Below are positions 60,466 through 64,000 of a stretch of DNA of 64,000 nucleotides, piece after piece. The stretch spans positions 1 to 64,000 of the forward strand of contig JBNKUM010000014.1 in NCBI GenBank assembly GCA_050298595.1. Direction: 5' to 3'. The DNA is from Gammaproteobacteria bacterium (GTDB lineage Bacteria; Pseudomonadota; Gammaproteobacteria; GCA-001735895). A program made the translations under genes and the position numbers. Each line of letters opens with the position of its first letter. Position 1 is the stretch's first letter. A model generated the notes under the pieces. The model worked only from the letters and a program-made list of their open reading frames with translations. It was not told the origin of the DNA and searched no databases.

Positions 60466-63400
60466 TTAATTCACTTTGGTTACTGACGTAAATGTTTCAT
60501 CGCTATAATTACTACACCCTGAACTATTACAGGCGCGTACGCGGAAAACATGATAACCGAAAGGATTTGTTATAGAGGCTGTCGTATAACTCAATAACCC
60601 CCCTTCATAAACAGTAACCCACGGAGATCGATAGGAGGAGCCAATTTGACTGGCCCTTTGTAACTGATAGGTTGCCCCAGTGCCTCCACTGCCCCAGGTA
60701 AGTATAATCCGTCCACCCTCTATTATGCGACTTGGTGCAATTAAATTGGGTTTATCTGGAGGTAACAATACTGTTATTGTTTTTGTAACGCTATAAGCCC
60801 CACATCCACTGATGTTGCAGGCTCTAACCCGATAGTAATAAGTCGCACTACCTCGGCCTGTCAAAAGCTTACTTCTGATATTACTGCTATGAACTGTCAC
60901 CCATGAACTATTATTTTTCTTTTCAACTAGCTCATAGCTGGTTGCTGTAGATACTGCATTCCAACTTACTGAATAAGTACCATCAGTATTAGAAGCAGGT
61001 ATGGTCAATCCACCCGGAACTACTGGACGGAATAAAACAACCGTGGTTTTAGTAACACTAAAAGCACTTGCACCACTACCATTGCTAGCCCTAACACGAT
61101 AACGGTAAGTTCCATTACCTCTACCGGTCAAAACTTTACTGGTCGTAGTGCCACTATGGACCATAACCCAGGCACCATTGTTTTTCTGCTCCTGTAATTC
61201 ATAAAGGTTTGCGGCAGTTACTGCACTCCAGCTCACTGTATAAGTGCCATCAATATCATTCGCTGGTGAACTAAGCCCTCCAGGCGTGGTGGGCGGTAAT
61301 GCGACGGCCGTAACCTTCTGAGCACTGAACGCACTACACCCACTAGTATTACAGGCCTTGGCCTGATAGGAATAGGTACCACTGCCCTTACCACTGCGTG
61401 CGATACTCGTGGCACTCGTATTCTGTATAACTGTCCAGGCTCCACTGTTGACTTTTTCCTCGACCTGATAACGGGCCGAACCCTTCACTGAAGTCCAGCT
61501 CACCGTGTAGACCCCATCGATATCCGAGGCCGGAGCACTGAGTGTTGGTGTAGCTGGCGGTAATAGTACAAGAGTTGATTTCCGGGTACTGAACGCACTA
61601 CACCCGCTGCTATTACAGGCCTTGACCTGATAGTAATAGGTACCGCTGCCCTTACCACTGCGTGCGATACTCGTGGCACTCGTATTCTGTATAACTGTCC
61701 AGGCTCCACTGTTGAGTTTTTCCTCGAGCTGATAACGAGTCGAACCAGTCACTGCATTCCAGCTCACCGTATAGGCTCCATCGATATCCGAGGTCGGTGT
61801 GCTGAGTGTTGGTGTAGCCGGCGGTAATAGTACCAGAGTTGATTTCTGGGTACTGAGCGCACTACAGCCCATATGATTACAACCCTGAACTCGATAGTAC
61901 CAGTTCCCAGAGGCATGGCCAGATACCGCTTTACTTCTAGCACTGCCGTTATAGATGGTAGCCCAGGCCCCACTGTCTTTCTTTTCCTGTAACTGATAAC
62001 TGGTGGCAGTTAAGGCACTGCTCCAACTGATACTATAGGCACCATCGGTATCGGAAACGGGGGTGGTTAAACCGCCGGGTACGGGTGGCTTGTCATACAT
62101 CAGTGGATTCCGCCCCTGCGCAACTTCAGTACCGTCATTGATCAGGTCTCCATCGGTGTCTGCTTTAGTGGGGTTAGTACCTCGGGTTTGTTCCGCCAGA
62201 TTGTTGAGCCCATCACTATCCGTATCTTCGTTGGCATCACTGATGCTATCACCATCCGTATCCGGGTTAGTGGCGCTGAGTCCATACTGAATTTCAAAAT
62301 GATCATTCAGGCCATCACCATCGGTATCCCATTTGGTAGGACTGGTGCCCCAGAACGCGATTTCATCACCATCCTTGATTCCATCTCCATCACTATCTGG
62401 GTTGTTGGGTTTAGTACCCCAGAGGATTTCATCACGGTCATTCAGGCCATCCTTGTCGCTGTCCGGTACTATGGTGGATACCACCGAGGGTCCATGCTCC
62501 AGCTTGGCGACCAGCTTTCCATTCAGGTTGACGTACTCGATATCTTTCTTATTGGTCTGATCGTAGCGATAGAGAAGTTCACCTGCCAGGTTGTAGATAT
62601 AGTAGATAGTTTTATCAGGGGCTTTCACCTTGACCCTTTTCTTGTTGCCGTCGTAGCTGTAATTAATACCCTGGTTAGTCACGCTGAGTAGTTGACTGGC
62701 ATCATCGTAGCTGAAGCTATCGCTTCCGTTACCTTTTACGTTGCCATAGTTATCGTAGCTAAACGTTTTGCTCACTCCGCCAGTCACACTGTCCAGACGA
62801 TTGCTGCTGTTGTAGTGATAGCTCAGGCTCTTGCTGCCGAGGGTCATGCTGCTGATGTCATGGTCATCGTCATAACTGATGACTCCATTACCCCAACGTC
62901 CATTGGCGCTGGTGAGTCGGCCCAGGCCGTCGTAGCCCATGCTACGGTTGTTGTTACTCAGCGCAGCATCGGTGATCCCTGTGACGTTTTCTTCATCGTC
63001 GTAGGTATAAGTCAGATCGACCAGATTCAGGATGTTATCGGTGGTATGTATGTTCTCGGGAACGAACTTGTTGTTGAGTGTCGCTGTATAAAAATAACCA
63101 TTGGCATAGGTCATTTCTTTGACGACGTCATTGGCGTAGTAATTAATGTCAGTCACATAGTCGCTATTGCTGTCGTAGATGGCTCGGGTGCGTGAGAGTG
63201 CATCTTTGGTATATTCAATATAACGACCATTAGGTTGTTCGATATTGGGCAGGCGTAGTCGGTCAAGGTTGCCAAGGCTGTCGTAGACGTATTCGGTGGT
63301 GAAGTTCAGGCCGTCGATGCTGAGTGTTTCTTTTTCGATCTGGTTAACTGCATCGAAGTCATAGTCCCAGTCTGTGGTGTTGGCACCGGTAATCAGGTGA

Positions 63401-63999
63401 TCCAGATTATGGCCCTGATAGGTATAGGTGACATCTAGCGTACTACCAGGATAATCGATGTGTTCAATTAAGTTGTTATTCCAGTAGTGGTAATAGGTGA
63501 TACCAGAAGCCCCTACCTGCTTACTGGAGAGGTTGCCACGCACATCATAGCCATAGGTCGTTTTTCCCGTTTCAGGTTCGGTTTTGGTTTCTACCAGCAA
63601 TGTACCTTCTTGATATTTCGTGTCATATTTATAAGTGAAACTGCGGGTGATATTGTTCTGCTTGATCGTTTTGATCTGGCCATGCTTGCCTCGCGTCATG
63701 CGGGTTTCTATATAGGCCGTGCTGTCCTTTTGCTGCTGGATTTCTATCAGGTCTTTGTCATTCGGATCGCTATAGGACCGATAGTTGCGTATGGTTTCAT
63801 AGCCAAGTGTATCGGTAACAACTTCTCCATGCTGGACAGAGGATTTGCCGCTGCGAGTTGCATTACAGGCTGTACCATAACAGATGGTGGTGCTGCTAGC
63901 ATCACCGGGTTCGGTGATGCTGGTGATGCGATTGAGAGCATCATACTCGAAGATTTTCTTAGCCGTCTCGGCACTGTCATAGCTGGGGATATATTCGTG
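60466..63999 (-). CDS. YD-repeat (Rhs shell) protein with Ca-binding DxDxDG repeats and six FN3 domains; 5' end outside window
   Basis: Frame open to the window edge (FEYDALNRITSIT...); repeats YDVRGNL, YDSLGNL, YDGLGRL, YDNYGNV; six D(S/T)DxD motifs; six FN3 units with WxxV...YxYRVxACN. Confidence 0.9.
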   Translation of the reverse strand, partial: HEYIPSYDSAETAKKIFEYDALNRITSITEPGDASSTTICYGTACNATRSGKSSVQHGEVVTDTLGYETIRNYRSYSDPNDKDLIEIQQQKDSTAYIETRMTRGKHGQIKTIKQNNITRSFTYKYDTKYQEGTLLVETKTEPETGKTTYGYDVRGNLSSKQVGASGITYYHYWNNNLIEHIDYPGSTLDVTYTYQGHNLDHLITGANTTDWDYDFDAVNQIEKETLSIDGLNFTTEYVYDSLGNLDRLRLPNIEQPNGRYIEYTKDALSRTRAIYDSNSDYVTDINYYANDVVKEMTYANGYFYTATLNNKFVPENIHTTDNILNLVDLTYTYDDEENVTGITDAALSNNNRSMGYDGLGRLTSANGRWGNGVISYDDDHDISSMTLGSKSLSYHYNSSNRLDSVTGGVSKTFSYDNYGNVKGNGSDSFSYDDASQLLSVTNQGINYSYDGNKKRVKVKAPDKTIYYIYNLAGELLYRYDQTNKKDIEYVNLNGKLVAKLEHGPSVVSTIVPDSDKDGLNDRDEILWGTKPNNPDSDGDGIKDGDEIAFWGTSPTKWDTDGDGLNDHFEIQYGLSATNPDTDGDSISDANEDTDSDGLNNLAEQTRGTNPTKADTDGDLINDGTEVAQGRNPLMYDKPPVPGGLTTPVSDTDGAYSISWSSALTATSYQLQEKKDSGAWATIYNGSARSKAVSGHASGNWYYRVQGCNHMGCSALSTQKSTLVLLPPATPTLSTPTSDIDGAYTVSWNAVTGSTRYQLEEKLNSGAWTVIQNTSATSIARSGKGSGTYYYQVKACNSSGCSAFSTRKSTLVLLPPATPTLSAPASDIDGVYTVSWTSVKGSARYQVEEKVNSGAWTVIQNTSATSIARSGKGSGTYSYQAKACNTSGCSAFSAQKVTAVALPPTTPGGLSSPANDIDGTYTVSWSAVTAANLYELQEQKNNGAWVMVHSGTTTSKVLTGRGNGTYRYRVRASNGSGASAFSVTKTTVVLFRPVVPGGLTIPASNTDGTYSVSWNAVSTATSYELVEKKNNSSWVTVHSSNIRSKLLTGRGSATYYYRVRACNISGCGAYSVTKTITVLLPPDKPNLIAPSRIIEGGRIILTWGSGGTGATYQLQRASQIGSSYRSPWVTVYEGGLLSYTTASITNPFGYHVFRVRACNSSGCSNYSDETFTSVTKVN
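61324..61870. repeat. 264-bp tandem duplication encoding adjacent FN3 domains
   Basis: ACTGA(A/G)CGCACTACA recurs at 61324, 61588 and 61852; long identical blocks such as CCCTTACCACTGCGTGCGATACTCGTGGCACTCGTATTCTGTATAACTGTCCAGGCTCCACTGTTGA. Confidence 0.9.
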
Positions 64000-64000
64000 G

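Noticed and set aside
61324-62465. CRISPR-like or DGR-like repeats
   Set aside because: Repeats are in-frame protein domains; there are no spacers, no cas or reverse transcriptase gene, and differences are not adenine-specific
63747-63980. Separate 77-aa ORF at the window end
   Set aside because: The YD-repeat frame stays open through this interval to 63999, so this is an alternate-frame shadow

Overview
64 kb from what appears to be a sulfur-oxidising gammaproteobacterium (soxB, SQR/TusA/DsrE; taxonomy is inferred). Two accessory loci stand out. (1) At 6.6-20 kb is a thiocyanate/cyanate catabolic island: cobalt thiocyanate hydrolase scnB-scnA-scnC plus an activator-like gene, followed on the same strand by an anion ABC importer and a DsrE-TusA-SQR-DUF1641 sulfur module. 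Opposite lie two tandem CynR-like regulators, an orphan glcF-like Fe-S protein, cyanase and a methyltransferase, with three copies of a 44-bp LysR-type operator. (2) At 59-64 kb is a split Rhs-like toxin locus: the YD-repeat shell protein ends in Ca-binding repeats and six FN3 domains, while the Rhs core and an ART-like toxin tip form a separate signal-peptide-bearing gene followed by a probable immunity gene. Between them are housekeeping genes (lexA, metA, leuCD-cimA, leuB, nikR/hupE, kbl-tdh), an IS4-type MITE, an IS66 remnant interrupted by a ~50-bp GGA-hairpin element, and several pseudogenes. No rRNA, tRNA or CRISPR array was seen. All family calls come from motifs recognised by eye; no database search was run.
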